Virus record (IMG/VR): IMGVR_UViG_3300028571_000011
DNA from: a virus
Taxonomy: Duplodnaviria > Heunggongvirae > Uroviricota > Caudoviricetes
DNA length: 64,000 bases
Direction: 5' to 3' (one strand)
Each line of letters opens with the position of its first letter. Position 1 is the first letter of the stretch. The notes under the pieces were generated by a model. It had not been told where the DNA came from. It saw only the letters and a program-made list of their open reading frames with translations, and made no database searches. The position numbers and the translations under genes are program-made. Shown piece by piece: positions 1 through 9,053 of this stretch.

Positions 1-1320
1 TTGGGCAGTAACTTCGAAGAAGAAGTTCCGATGCTTCGCGACGTATGCACATCGACGATCCGGTTTGTCTCTGGGTGGAAAATTGATGTTAATTCGCTCC
101 TGAATGCAACCGACATGGCACCACTCAACCTTGCTGACTTCTTCAGGCTCTTCGACTTGCCAGTACCAACTGAGTACCAGAATGAGCGGATGTGTTACGT
201 CTTGGGAGTCGATGGGGCCATTGGTAGCCCAGACGTCATGGTTTCTTTCCAGACGGAGAGTGGCCCGATTCCTCGGTACGGAAAAGGTGCGCCTTCCTTC
301 CCCAAGGTGGGAGACCACGTCTCCTGCCATGAGCGACCTTTCATGGGGAAGACATTCACGATCAAGGCTATCGAGCGCGATGGTCACCGCCTTGTGTGCA
401 ACGACGGAGAGGATGACGAGGATGACGTCCTTGATGTCCTTGATTGCAGCCTGATCGGTCGAGCCATGGAGCAAGCCTCCCCAGTGAAGCCAGCTGAGTA
501 CGCCAGCACTTGGTCTGCTGATTGGAGCAAGACCCCTCAGGTAGGGGATAAGGTCACCGAAGATGGCAACGACGAACTCTTCCAAGTGTCCAGCATCATT
601 GGTCACATCCTTGTGTGCAAATCGAATCGGTTCATGGATGATGACACATACAGGCTTGAGCCTGCCAAGTGCCGCCTCATCACCCGGCTGGGCTTTGTTC
701 CTGTGCCCGAGAAGAAAGCAGAACCAGTGAATCCAGCTGAGTATGGGGCTGTACTGTCTGAAGAATGGAGCAGGGTTCCAAAGGTAGGTGATAGGGTCAT
801 CGAAAAGATCGTCAAGGACGGAGACCCAGAATCGTTCAAAGCGGAATCCTTCAAGGTTGACAGCATCGAGAACAATGGCCACAAACTCGTGTGCAAATCG
901 AATCGGTTCATGGATGAGAATCACTACTGGCTTGGTACTTCCAAATGCACGCTCATTGGTTGTGAACGTCCTTATGTCCCAGCCATGAAGAAGGTGTTCC
1001 TCGTTGTCAGCCAGAAGCGGCGTGACGTTGGAAGCCCAACTCCCGTTGACGATGAGACCATTGGTTTCTTCGACAACGAAGAAGAAGCCAAGACCACCTG
1101 CACGAGTTTCGTCAGGACGGATCGAAATCCGCGGTATCCGATTGCGTACCCCAAGTTCCTCGGCCCAGATGACCGGCTGTACGAGCTTTCTACTTGTCAG
1201 CTTCCGAAGGGTATGATCACGTTCGGGCCAATCGAGAACGAAGGCTCAATCCGCGCTGCGGCACTGGCCAAACTCACAGACAAAGAGAAGAAAGTCCTTG
1301 GACTGGTGGAGAAGAAATGA
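1..1320 (+). CDS. repeat-containing protein, 5' end truncated by window (three ~80-aa tandem repeats: PAEY..WS..VGD.V.E...F.V.SI..H.LVCKSNRFMD)
   Basis: 439-aa ORF running from the window edge; internal tandem repeats are visible in the translation. Confidence 0.55.
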   Translation: MGSNFEEEVPMLRDVCTSTIRFVSGWKIDVNSLLNATDMAPLNLADFFRLFDLPVPTEYQNERMCYVLGVDGAIGSPDVMVSFQTESGPIPRYGKGAPSFPKVGDHVSCHERPFMGKTFTIKAIERDGHRLVCNDGEDDEDDVLDVLDCSLIGRAMEQASPVKPAEYASTWSADWSKTPQVGDKVTEDGNDELFQVSSIIGHILVCKSNRFMDDDTYRLEPAKCRLITRLGFVPVPEKKAEPVNPAEYGAVLSEEWSRVPKVGDRVIEKIVKDGDPESFKAESFKVDSIENNGHKLVCKSNRFMDENHYWLGTSKCTLIGCERPYVPAMKKVFLVVSQKRRDVGSPTPVDDETIGFFDNEEEAKTTCTSFVRTDRNPRYPIAYPKFLGPDDRLYELSTCQLPKGMITFGPIENEGSIRAAALAKLTDKEKKVLGLVEKK

Positions 1321-1763
1321 CGACAGAGTTCCGTAGGAAGATTGCTGGTCGTGATGTCGAGTCGATGACTCGATCAGACTTGGCTGAATTCAAGTTGGAG
1401 TTGGAGGCACAGCTTTCCCACCGCAAGTCTCTGCTGCTGCTTGGTGCGACAGCTGACGAGAAGGACGAGTACGAGTCTTGGCGGAACTCTGTCGTCTGCA
1501 TCATCAAGAACATCGACAAGGAGATGGTCAGGCGTCGTGGCATTTCTGTAGCGCAGAAACTGGCCGACCCCACAGCTGTTGAGACAACCAAGTCTCGAAC
1601 AGCCATTGCTCATCTGGCAATGATGATCATGGCTCAAGACAACGAATTCATGGAAGACTTCACACCACGTGAGCTTGAAGCAGCAGCCAGTAGTGCTATC
1701 TTCACAGCTACGATCTGCCACACAGAAGTGTGGCAAGTCCTCGACAAGGAGAAGAAACAGTGA
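1317..1763 (+). CDS. hypothetical protein
   Basis: ATG at 1317 overlaps the upstream stop (ATGA); 148 aa. Confidence 0.5.
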   Translation: MTTEFRRKIAGRDVESMTRSDLAEFKLELEAQLSHRKSLLLLGATADEKDEYESWRNSVVCIIKNIDKEMVRRRGISVAQKLADPTAVETTKSRTAIAHLAMMIMAQDNEFMEDFTPRELEAAASSAIFTATICHTEVWQVLDKEKKQ

Positions 1764-1814
1764 GTATCATCGACACCATCAAAGGAGCGTTCATGTCCAG
1801 CGAACGGACAGCGA

Positions 1815-2174
1815 GTGGTGCGCCAATGCCACTCGCCTTGTGACAAGAAGATCTTCAAGAAGGGGGTCACGGTGGCTGCTGTCTATGGGGCCAGTGAAGA
1901 CATCGAAGCTTGGGTGGCCGAACTTCGGCTGAAGACTGGGCTGCCTACGGACTGGCATTACGCTGGTGGTCGCGGTCAAGTCCTGATGCTCCTCAAGAAG
2001 GAGAAGGACCTCGTCAAGGTGAGGGAGGCAATGCCACAGATGCCTCGTGACGAGCGTACCAACTCGGACAAGATTGACGCCATGATGTCTCGTGGTCAGA
2101 GCGCGAGCTACGATGGCTGCCGAGTCACCGTCATGCGTGACTACTCAGCGTCACTCACAATAGAGGCCCTGTAA
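1815..2174 (+). CDS. hypothetical protein; possible toxin partner of the downstream MqsA-like gene
   Basis: GTG-start ORF of 119 aa; its stop overlaps the next start (TAATG). Confidence 0.35.
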   Translation: MVRQCHSPCDKKIFKKGVTVAAVYGASEDIEAWVAELRLKTGLPTDWHYAGGRGQVLMLLKKEKDLVKVREAMPQMPRDERTNSDKIDAMMSRGQSASYDGCRVTVMRDYSASLTIEAL

Positions 2175-2572
2175 TGAATTGTCCAGTCTGTGCCAGTGCG
2201 AATCTCACTACAGTAGTACAAGAGATCGATGTCAGTTGCCAATGCGGACCATTGGTCTCGTACAAGGGTGAGTTCGTAACGTGCCACAACTGCGGTGAAG
2301 TTGGTGACTTCTTTGGCCGTAATGACGCCGACATTGACGAGGCAATCCACAAATCAGAGACCATGCTGGTGAAGATCATTCTCGATGACCTTAAGAGTCG
2401 AGGAATCCATCCTCCAAGCTTTGAGAGAGCGTTGAGGCTTCGTCAGCGCAGCACGCAGATGTGGCTTGCTGGCAATCACACGCCGTCAGACCTCGCCCTG
2501 CTGCGAATGATCTGGTTCCGGCCAGAGCTATTGATACTGTCCGACAACGACTACTACGAGGCGTCGACATGA
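2174..2572 (+). CDS. MqsA-like antitoxin / XRE-family regulator (N-terminal CxxC..CxxC zinc ribbon + C-terminal HTH)
   Basis: 132 aa; CPVC...CHNCGE followed by an HTH ending RMIWFRPELL, same layout as E. coli MqsA (131 aa). Confidence 0.6.
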   Translation: MNCPVCASANLTTVVQEIDVSCQCGPLVSYKGEFVTCHNCGEVGDFFGRNDADIDEAIHKSETMLVKIILDDLKSRGIHPPSFERALRLRQRSTQMWLAGNHTPSDLALLRMIWFRPELLILSDNDYYEAST

Positions 2573-2778
2573 CATTCATTATGAAAAGCTCGAAAGAGCT
2601 TGAAGCCGAACTTGAGAAGCAGCGGAAGGAGGACAAGGCTGAGACCTTGCGCCTCAAGGCCCTGTGGGACAAGGAGTTGCGATTGGCATTACGTACCTTC
2701 GGTCTTGAGTTGCTTCAACTGATCTTCTTGCCTCCACTGATGTGGACTCATGAAAACCGTAGACCCAGAAGCCATTGA
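2569..2778 (+). CDS. small coiled-coil protein
   Basis: ATGA overlap with the upstream stop; charged heptad-like sequence. Confidence 0.4.
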   Translation: MTFIMKSSKELEAELEKQRKEDKAETLRLKALWDKELRLALRTFGLELLQLIFLPPLMWTHENRRPRSH

Positions 2779-2977
2779 TAGACTGCTGCGCGAAGAACTC
2801 GCCAAGCCTGAATCATTGAGACGACTTGGCGAATTCATGTCTATGGAGATTTCTGAGAGAATGGGGCGAGTCCCGAATGGTACTGCTCAAAGACTTCTGG
2901 GCACCGACTGGGAAGAGATCGAAGAGGCTCGGGGGATCGCCAACTCGGCCCTTGCTGAACAACAGGACAAGTCATGA
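2750..2977 (+). CDS. hypothetical protein
   Basis: ORF of 75 aa, tightly packed. Confidence 0.35.
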   Translation: MKTVDPEAIDRLLREELAKPESLRRLGEFMSMEISERMGRVPNGTAQRLLGTDWEEIEEARGIANSALAEQQDKS

Positions 2978-3402
2978 CGGACGTTCACACGGAGCACTGC
3001 TGTGCTCGGCATGGTTGCAAATACTCGTCTGAGGACTGCACAGTCACAACCGGCAAGGCTGCTCAGTCGTACCCTTGCGAGTACTGCACGTCGTGGAACT
3101 CAGGTTGGCCCACCAAGGCGGGACTGTACTGGTTCCTTGGCAACCTTCGACCGCATGATGATTCGCCACGACTCGAAGTCGTGAAGGCGTTCGAGCTACT
3201 CGGTCAAATGAAATTCGTGCTTGGTACTCTGTTCCTCGACTCGTCGATGCCCTCGACTTGGCTGTGGCTGCCACTCGCGACGCCGGATATGCCCTACAAC
3301 CTCTCCGCTGACGACCTGAAACATATGCGTGGTGCGGGGGCCTTCCTTGACAACGAACACATGAGGGGCCATGACTGGCGCATGAAGGACGAAGACTGGT
3401 GA
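2974..3402 (+). CDS. hypothetical Cys/His-rich protein
   Basis: ORF of 142 aa; ATGA overlap. Confidence 0.5.
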   Translation: MTDVHTEHCCARHGCKYSSEDCTVTTGKAAQSYPCEYCTSWNSGWPTKAGLYWFLGNLRPHDDSPRLEVVKAFELLGQMKFVLGTLFLDSSMPSTWLWLPLATPDMPYNLSADDLKHMRGAGAFLDNEHMRGHDWRMKDEDW

Positions 3403-3469
3403 CTGACGTTTGACAAACGAGTCGCGTGCGTCATAGTTGACGCTTGAGTAACTATCAAGCGAGGCAACT

Positions 3470-3814
3470 TTGATTCGTCTTTGGAAGGCCCAGATCGGAA
3501 AAGAAGTAACATACGTTGCCACGGTACTCGTGGTAGCTGAGGATGAAGAGCAAGCGTTGAAGCTTGCCAAGGCACTGGACGCTGAGGACTACAACGACCC
3601 GGACGAAGACAGTTGGGCTAATGTACCTGTTGTCGTCGAGACAGAAGATGACATACCAGAAGAATACATATACGAAGGTAGCAACGAAGTCGACGCTGTA
3701 CCGGAAGGTTTCCGGGGTGACAAGCTCGTATCCTTCTACCTGAAGGACCCAGAACAGATTGCCATCGACCTACACAACGCAGAGATGATGAAGAGACAGG
3801 GCGTACTACTATGA
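3470..3814 (+). CDS. acidic hypothetical protein
   Basis: TTG start; 114 aa; very acidic. Confidence 0.45.
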   Translation: MIRLWKAQIGKEVTYVATVLVVAEDEEQALKLAKALDAEDYNDPDEDSWANVPVVVETEDDIPEEYIYEGSNEVDAVPEGFRGDKLVSFYLKDPEQIAIDLHNAEMMKRQGVLL

Positions 3815-4182
3815 CAATCAGCTACAACGCAGACCTCCTCCAGTGGAATGGTACAGGCTCCGAAGACAACGCGATCACGATGAAGCGGCGCTTCGGTGGT
3901 CACCACGATGATGCTGGCGAGTCTTCTCCCACCGAGTGGGAGATTTACGTCGAGAGCGACGACGACGCAGCATCGGCCATCAAAGATCTTCCACGCGACT
4001 TCAAACGCGTGTTGCACTCAGGTAACACCGGCAAGCACTGGGCACGTCAGTGGTTGTTCCTCCCAGTCGATACGACACAGAAGGAAGCTCTGCACATCCT
4101 TGCTCTCATTGAGGGCAAAGAGCCCCGGCGTCTCCTCTACGCGCTGAAGGCACTCGAAGTTGCCATCACGAAGGAAGATTGA
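3811..4182 (+). CDS. hypothetical protein
   Basis: ATGA overlap; 123 aa. Confidence 0.5.
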   Translation: MTISYNADLLQWNGTGSEDNAITMKRRFGGHHDDAGESSPTEWEIYVESDDDAASAIKDLPRDFKRVLHSGNTGKHWARQWLFLPVDTTQKEALHILALIEGKEPRRLLYALKALEVAITKED

Positions 4183-4186
4183 GAGC

Positions 4187-4408
4187 ATGAAGCGACGAGA
4201 CTTCCTTCGAGGGCTGGCAGTTGCTGTGGCTGCTGTTTCCATCGGAAGCAGCACAGCTGTGGCTGCGCCAAAGCCGTGGGCAGACTGCTCCAGCTTTGAA
4301 AGACAATGCGAGACGACCTGTGCCAACAAATCATGTTGTCTCAAAACAGGTATATCCTCAAAGGATATGGTTGAGGCGGTGAAAAGTATGAAAGGGTTGA
4401 CTGCATGA
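4187..4408 (+). CDS. small secreted Cys-rich protein with a twin-arginine (Tat) signal peptide
   Basis: MKRRDFLRGLAVAVAAVSIGSSTAVAAP signal, then 6 Cys within 25 aa. Confidence 0.5.
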   Translation: MKRRDFLRGLAVAVAAVSIGSSTAVAAPKPWADCSSFERQCETTCANKSCCLKTGISSKDMVEAVKSMKGLTA

Positions 4409-4878
4409 AAGAAGTAACTGGAGACCTGATTACCCTCGCCAAGTCTGGCGAGTTCGATGTGATCGCACATGGTTGTAACTGCTTCTGCACCATGGGTGCA
4501 GGCATTGCTCGTCAGATTGCAAGGGAGTTCCCAGCAGCCAAGGACGTCGATGGCCGAACAGCCATTGGTGCCAAAGAGAAGCTCGGAACCGTCAGCTACG
4601 CCGAGTGGCGTCAGCCAGCTGGCTTCGGCTCCTTCAGTGTGGTCATCGCAAACTGCTACACGCAGTTCCGGTACGGCGGTGATGGTGACCTCGTTGACTA
4701 CGGTGCCGTGGAACGCTGCATGGCCAATCTGGCGAGCTTCCACCGTGGGAGGCGCATTGGCCTTCCCCGAATCGGAGCGGGGCTGGCTGGGGGCGACTGG
4801 ACGCGAATCAAGGCCATCATCGAAGCCACCCTCGACCCCCACTGCAAAGTCACCATCGTGAACTGGGATAAGGCATGA
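4405..4878 (+). CDS. macro-domain protein, TARG1/OARD1-like ADP-ribose hydrolase
   Basis: DVIAHGCNCFCTMGAGIA and LPRIGAGLAGGDW motifs align with TARG1 SLAHCISEDCRMGAGIA / MPRIGCGLDRLQW. Confidence 0.8.
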   Translation: MKEVTGDLITLAKSGEFDVIAHGCNCFCTMGAGIARQIAREFPAAKDVDGRTAIGAKEKLGTVSYAEWRQPAGFGSFSVVIANCYTQFRYGGDGDLVDYGAVERCMANLASFHRGRRIGLPRIGAGLAGGDWTRIKAIIEATLDPHCKVTIVNWDKA

Positions 4879-5285
4879 CAGCTGCCATCCTAGTCAGTGA
4901 TGTAGAGCCGGGTTGCTTCACGTTCGTAGAGGACGATGAGGAAGTGTTTGCACTCGATGGTTGGGTTGCGAGCAGCAACTCTTCGGTGTTCCCGTTACTG
5001 CTCGGAGAGTGGAAGAAGCCTTTCCACAAGCATATAGGTGAAGAAAAGCATCTGTGGTCGGTGTACATGGACGGGGGCGACACCCAGCGAGTGCCGCTGG
5101 CCTCTGCTCACGACCTCTTGCTTGAGCAAGCCCGTGTCATCGGTGCCACACGAATCGCATACAGGCAGCGGTGGGAGGAATCTGTCATCGATCGTTATAC
5201 GCCGGAAGGCGTACATGAGACAGGCGTCTACATGGATACGATAGTTACGCTTGTGCGTAAGCGACAAGCAATAGTTTCTGGCTGA
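4875..5285 (+). CDS. hypothetical protein
   Basis: ORF of 136 aa; ATGA overlap. Confidence 0.5.
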   Translation: MTAAILVSDVEPGCFTFVEDDEEVFALDGWVASSNSSVFPLLLGEWKKPFHKHIGEEKHLWSVYMDGGDTQRVPLASAHDLLLEQARVIGATRIAYRQRWEESVIDRYTPEGVHETGVYMDTIVTLVRKRQAIVSG

Positions 5286-5307
5286 ACAATAACATATAGG
5301 ATATGAA

Positions 5308-5853
5308 ATGACACTGATCAAAACTGCCCCTCATCGCTACAGCAGGTACCCGGACTACGTCCAATTCGCAATCGTTGATGACCCAGAGAAGAAGGCTGGT
5401 TGGGACATCTTGGAGTTGTTCACTGGCGACATCATCGAGACATTGTCGTCTGAAGCCATTGGTGTGGCGCCAGCCTCGGCTTCGGCTGGCTACATTCAGA
5501 GTGCCCAAGTGATGTACGGTAACAGAAGCGTTGTAGTCAGGCGCACGCAGTTCCTGATGGGAAGGCTGGAGACTGACGTTGTCGCTGAGTATGCAGCGTT
5601 CAAAACCAGTGCTGGTGATACTCAGGCTGCTCTTAGAGGGGAGCTACGGTCCACACAAGCTCGTGCAACCACCATTGAAGAGAACCTCAAGTACAGGGAA
5701 GAAGACCTGAAGACTGTAAACGAACTGCTTAAGGAATCTCAGGCCAAGTCTGCAGACTTGGCAGAGCAGCTTCGTCGCATTCGAACAGTCCTCGGTGAAA
5801 AGGCTGTCAATGAGGCCATGCTCGCTTCATCGAAGATCGTAATCAGTGATTAA
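5308..5853 (+). CDS. hypothetical protein (C-terminal coiled coil)
   Basis: ORF of 181 aa. Confidence 0.5.
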   Translation: MTLIKTAPHRYSRYPDYVQFAIVDDPEKKAGWDILELFTGDIIETLSSEAIGVAPASASAGYIQSAQVMYGNRSVVVRRTQFLMGRLETDVVAEYAAFKTSAGDTQAALRGELRSTQARATTIEENLKYREEDLKTVNELLKESQAKSADLAEQLRRIRTVLGEKAVNEAMLASSKIVISD

Positions 5854-5868
5854 GGTACTGGGTTGACT

Positions 5869-6363
5869 ATGAAGATCATCAAGTTCGAAACTCGGCCCTA
5901 CTGTCTTGAGTGTATCAACAACAACTCAGACAACCCAGATAGCAACGAGAGGGAGGAGGACTGCACTCACGAGAAGCCAACCGTAAAGCACGTCATGCTG
6001 CTACCCGGTTGCTGTGCCCTTTCAACTCAGGCATTGTACCCACGAGCCAGCGTTCGAATTGGTTGGGATTCTGATGGGAATCCCGGCGGTACCAAGTACC
6101 CGTACTGGTCGTTGCCAATAGAAGAGATGCGCAACCCCATCTGGGGTCGTGGAAAGATCAGCTTCGGTGACTTCCTCAAAGAGGAAGAAGGGATCAAGCA
6201 CTGTCCGTTCTGTGGCACCAAGCTCCCAGCGATTGTGCTCGAAGATTCCCCACCCTCGCCAATCGGCGCGTACGACGACTGTGGCCACTGTGAATGCGGT
6301 TGGCCACGTTCCTATGGCAAGTGCCCTTGCTGGCCAACCATCGCCCTATACAAGACGGAGTGA
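5869..6363 (+). CDS. Cys-rich hypothetical protein (putative zinc-binding)
   Basis: ORF 5863..6363; first ATG at 5869; CPFCG...CGHCECGW. Confidence 0.5.
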   Translation: MKIIKFETRPYCLECINNNSDNPDSNEREEDCTHEKPTVKHVMLLPGCCALSTQALYPRASVRIGWDSDGNPGGTKYPYWSLPIEEMRNPIWGRGKISFGDFLKEEEGIKHCPFCGTKLPAIVLEDSPPSPIGAYDDCGHCECGWPRSYGKCPCWPTIALYKTE

Positions 6364-6365
6364 CC

Positions 6366-6602
6366 ATGACGACTGAGCTAACCGATTGCACATGTACTGA
6401 CCACGCGAAGGAATGCCTGAAGAAGGTCCAAAGCGGTGCCGTCACACAGAAAGGACGCTTCGGTTTTGACCTTGAAGGAAACCAACTTTGCACCGTTGAC
6501 TCGTTTGGGTTTCGCGGAAGCTTCGCAGGAGAATGCGAAGCTTGCTACAAGCGCCAAGTAGACGGTTACAACAAAGCAATGGCTGGTACCTTCGATGACT
6601 GA
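6366..6602 (+). CDS. hypothetical protein
   Basis: ATG at 6366 inside the listed ORF 6294..6602. Confidence 0.4.
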   Translation: MTTELTDCTCTDHAKECLKKVQSGAVTQKGRFGFDLEGNQLCTVDSFGFRGSFAGECEACYKRQVDGYNKAMAGTFDD

Positions 6603-6741
6603 AATCAGACCAACCTGTCCGACGTGCGGCAACGCTATCTGGCGAACAACTGGTTGTCGTCCATGCCAGCTTGCAGCTGGTCATGTCGACGTCGAGCCCC
6701 TCAGTCATCATGGCGACATCAGTACAATCGGTGTGAGGTAA
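6595..6741 (+). CDS. small zinc-ribbon protein (CPTCG...CRPC)
   Basis: 48-aa ORF below the track cutoff; ATGA overlap. Confidence 0.3.
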   Translation: MTEIRPTCPTCGNAIWRTTGCRPCQLAAGHVDVEPLSHHGDISTIGVR

Positions 6742-6749
6742 AGCAGTGC

Positions 6750-6778
6750 TTGACTTGTGCTGAGTGATCTGCTACAAG
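6750..6778 (+). promoter_or_regulatory. conserved promoter cassette: -35 TTGACT (6750-6755), -10 TACAAG
   Basis: member of a TTGACT-N16/17-TA..G.-10 family; AAAGCAGTGC upstream. Confidence 0.45.
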
Positions 6779-6784
6779 TTGCGT

Positions 6785-6997
6785 ATGCCGATCAAGCCAA
6801 AGAGTCACGCGCAGGACCAACGCAGCCTTACCCGAAAGGCTGGCAAGTTCACGGCCATGGACATCTGCCCATGCTGCAAGAAGCCTCGTGCTCTGGAGCC
6901 TGCCTACACCGTTTCTGACGGTGGTCGGGTCCGTGATGACTTCGAGTTCGCTGGTGGTTACGTCTGCCTCAAATGCATCGCCGCCAACGCCGCCTGA
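6785..6997 (+). CDS. hypothetical Cys-containing protein
   Basis: ATG 8 nt after the promoter -10; 70 aa. Confidence 0.45.
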   Translation: MPIKPKSHAQDQRSLTRKAGKFTAMDICPCCKKPRALEPAYTVSDGGRVRDDFEFAGGYVCLKCIAANAA

Positions 6998-7018
6998 ACA
7001 GAAACCCAAGGAGTCAAC

Positions 7019-7315
7019 GTGAAAGACCTTCAGCGTTTCAAGGCCCTGTGCAAGGACCCCCGGATCGATCAGGTCAGCGACGAGCGTGAGAGCGCCTCGT
7101 TCCGCAAGGAGGACAACGGAGATGGGATCTGGTTGTACCTGATGCCCGGATGGACTGATCCCACCACCGAGACGCACTGCGTGCACGAGAGCAAGCTCTC
7201 ACAGCTGATCTTCTCCATGAAGAACCTCGAAGTTTGCGAATGCAAGGAGTGCTTGCAGTCCATCGCAGACCGCGCAGCTGCGAAGGCACGAGCAGTCAAC
7301 AAGGCAGCCGCATGA
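7019..7315 (+). CDS. hypothetical protein
   Basis: GTG start with an AAGGAG RBS; 98 aa. Confidence 0.45.
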   Translation: MKDLQRFKALCKDPRIDQVSDERESASFRKEDNGDGIWLYLMPGWTDPTTETHCVHESKLSQLIFSMKNLEVCECKECLQSIADRAAAKARAVNKAAA

Positions 7316-7809
7316 AGAACATGCCGAAGCAAGGGCAGGTGGCCTACTCCTGCCCCGGCTGTGGCAGGAAGTGCACACGGCACGGGATGCAGATCCTTCC
7401 ACACGACTCCGATCCTACGATCGACGAGGAGTGCGCTTGGTCTAACCTGAGGATCCCCCATCCGCTGCAGTTCTCCGAATGGCACGTCGACATCCAGAGC
7501 AAGTTCACCCGCTGGAAAGCCCTGCAGAAAGAGGAAAGCCAGCTGAAGCGCCACTCGCCGAAGGCGAAGCACAGAGTGAACTACTGCTGTGGTAAGATCA
7601 CCTTCCACACCGAGAAGGCGGCACTCGAAGCTGCAGACGAAGCTGGTCGTGACTTCTACTGCCAGATGTTCACCTACCAGTGCAAGAACAAGAACTGGCA
7701 CATGACCAGCCAGTGGCAACACCCGATCACCCGGTCGCTGGTCACCACTTCTATCTCCAGCGGAAGCAAGATAAAGATGAAGCTGATGGGCAGCTTCACC
7801 AATCACTGA
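7312..7809 (+). CDS. hypothetical Cys-rich protein
   Basis: ATG at 7312 overlaps the upstream stop; part of ORF 7234..7809. Confidence 0.5.
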   Translation: MKNMPKQGQVAYSCPGCGRKCTRHGMQILPHDSDPTIDEECAWSNLRIPHPLQFSEWHVDIQSKFTRWKALQKEESQLKRHSPKAKHRVNYCCGKITFHTEKAALEAADEAGRDFYCQMFTYQCKNKNWHMTSQWQHPITRSLVTTSISSGSKIKMKLMGSFTNH

Positions 7810-7845
7810 GAGGAGACACGCAGGTCTACGAACCAAGATGCTGGA

Positions 7846-8157
7846 ATGATGGCGGTGGCGCCATCGATGGCTGTGCTAACTGCCACAGGAAGCACCACTG
7901 GGATGAGAAGCAGCGGACTAAGGAAGGATCACCTCCGTGAGAGATCAGTTGACAACACCTTACCAGCGCGCTATGTACTGGTTACCGAACGGAGGCTTGC
8001 TGTGCTAAACACCAATGACATTACAAACACGCCAACCACGTCGGGGTCCGCCCGGACCAATGAAACCGTGAGAATGAGCGAAGACGCCCGTATGCCAGCC
8101 AATGGCAAAGATACAGCCATCCGCGCAGCGAAGCGCGAGGTCCGTTCAGACAACTGA
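7846..8157 (+). CDS. hypothetical protein
   Basis: ORF of 103 aa, followed by a GC hairpin. Confidence 0.3.
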   Translation: MMAVAPSMAVLTATGSTTGMRSSGLRKDHLRERSVDNTLPARYVLVTERRLAVLNTNDITNTPTTSGSARTNETVRMSEDARMPANGKDTAIRAAKREVRSDN

Positions 8158-8170
8158 ATCATCTCTCGGA

Positions 8171-8222
8171 CCGGCTTCACATGAGCCCCCTCCACCGAGA
8201 ACAAAGGTGAGAGGGGGCTTAA
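8171..8222 (+). terminator. possible terminator hairpin (GCCCCCTC...GAGGGGGC + TTAAAGTTT)
   Basis: 9-bp GC stem after the last CDS and before the tRNA array. Confidence 0.35.
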
Positions 8223-8257
8223 AGTTTCGGTTGACAGATCAGTTCGTTTAGTGGTAT

Positions 8258-8333
8258 GGGTTGTAGGCCGAAGAGTGGAAGCGCTACCCTGTCGAGGTAG
8301 ACCAAGCGGGTTCAACTCCCGTGCAGCCCGCCA
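8258..8333 (+). tRNA. tRNA-Asp(GTC)
   Basis: acceptor GGGTTGT/GCAGCCC; anticodon stem CTACC/GGTAG; loop CTGTCGA; T-loop TTCAACT; CCA encoded. Confidence 0.6.
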
Positions 8334-8358
8334 GTTCTCTCGTTAGAAATCTGATTTT

Positions 8359-8434
8359 GGGGCCTTAGCTCATTTGGAAGAGCGCGACCTTTGCAAGGTT
8401 GAGGTGATGGGATCGTAGCCCATAGGCTCCACCA
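8359..8434 (+). tRNA. tRNA-Ala(TGC)
   Basis: GGGGCCT...AGGCTCC ACCA; anticodon loop TTTGCAA. Confidence 0.85.
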
Positions 8435-8612
8435 TGTCAGATTGTCCGTTTAGTTCTTTGAAAACCGAATAGAAAACACACTTTTCCGGAGTGAAACTCC
8501 TCCGGAGTGTAATTGAATGAATGTAGGCAATCCCCATCGCCTATGTCGTTCATAGCGAACGTGATATATTCATCACGGTATCGGTGGGGCCGTGTTCGCA
8601 ACCCACCACATT

Positions 8613-8689
8613 CGGAATGTGGCGCAGCTTGGTAGCGCACTAGACTGGGGGTCTAGGGGTCGCAGGTTCAAATCCTGTCATTCCGACCA
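8613..8689 (+). tRNA. tRNA-Pro(GGG)
   Basis: acceptor CGGAATG/CATTCCG; anticodon loop CTGGGGG; T-loop TTCAAAT; CCA. Confidence 0.7.
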
Positions 8690-8790
8690 TATGTGGCTGA
8701 GCTGTGGTACCGGTATTCCAACTACCGGGCAATAGTGGACGTTGTTTGTTCAGTCGGCTTCGCAGTGCCGTGTCCATACTGCTTTCTTTT

Positions 8791-8865
8791 CGGAGTGTGG
8801 GTCATAGGTTGACCACTTGTTTTGGGTACAAGATCAAGGGAGTTCGAGTCTCTCCACTCCGACCA
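8791..8865 (+). tRNA. tRNA-Pro(TGG)
   Basis: acceptor CGGAGTG/CACTCCG; anticodon stem CTTGT/ACAAG; loop TTTGGGT. Confidence 0.8.
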
Positions 8866-8959
8866 GTCTAGTCGAAGGTACCTGCCCCTATCACGGCAGG
8901 ATAAAGCAGCCCCACCACTCAACGGAGGGACAGTGTCATCTGCTGGCTCAGATGAATGT

Positions 8960-9036
8960 GCGCCCGTAGTCTAGTTGGATCAGGCACTTGATTACGAATC
9001 AAGATCACGCAAGTTCGAGTCTTGCCGGGCGCACCA
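8960..9036 (+). tRNA. tRNA-Arg(ACG)
   Basis: GCGCCCG/CGGGCGC; anticodon loop TTACGAA; T-loop TTCGAGT; CCA. Confidence 0.8.
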
Positions 9037-9053
9037 GTTAGGAAAGATTGAAT

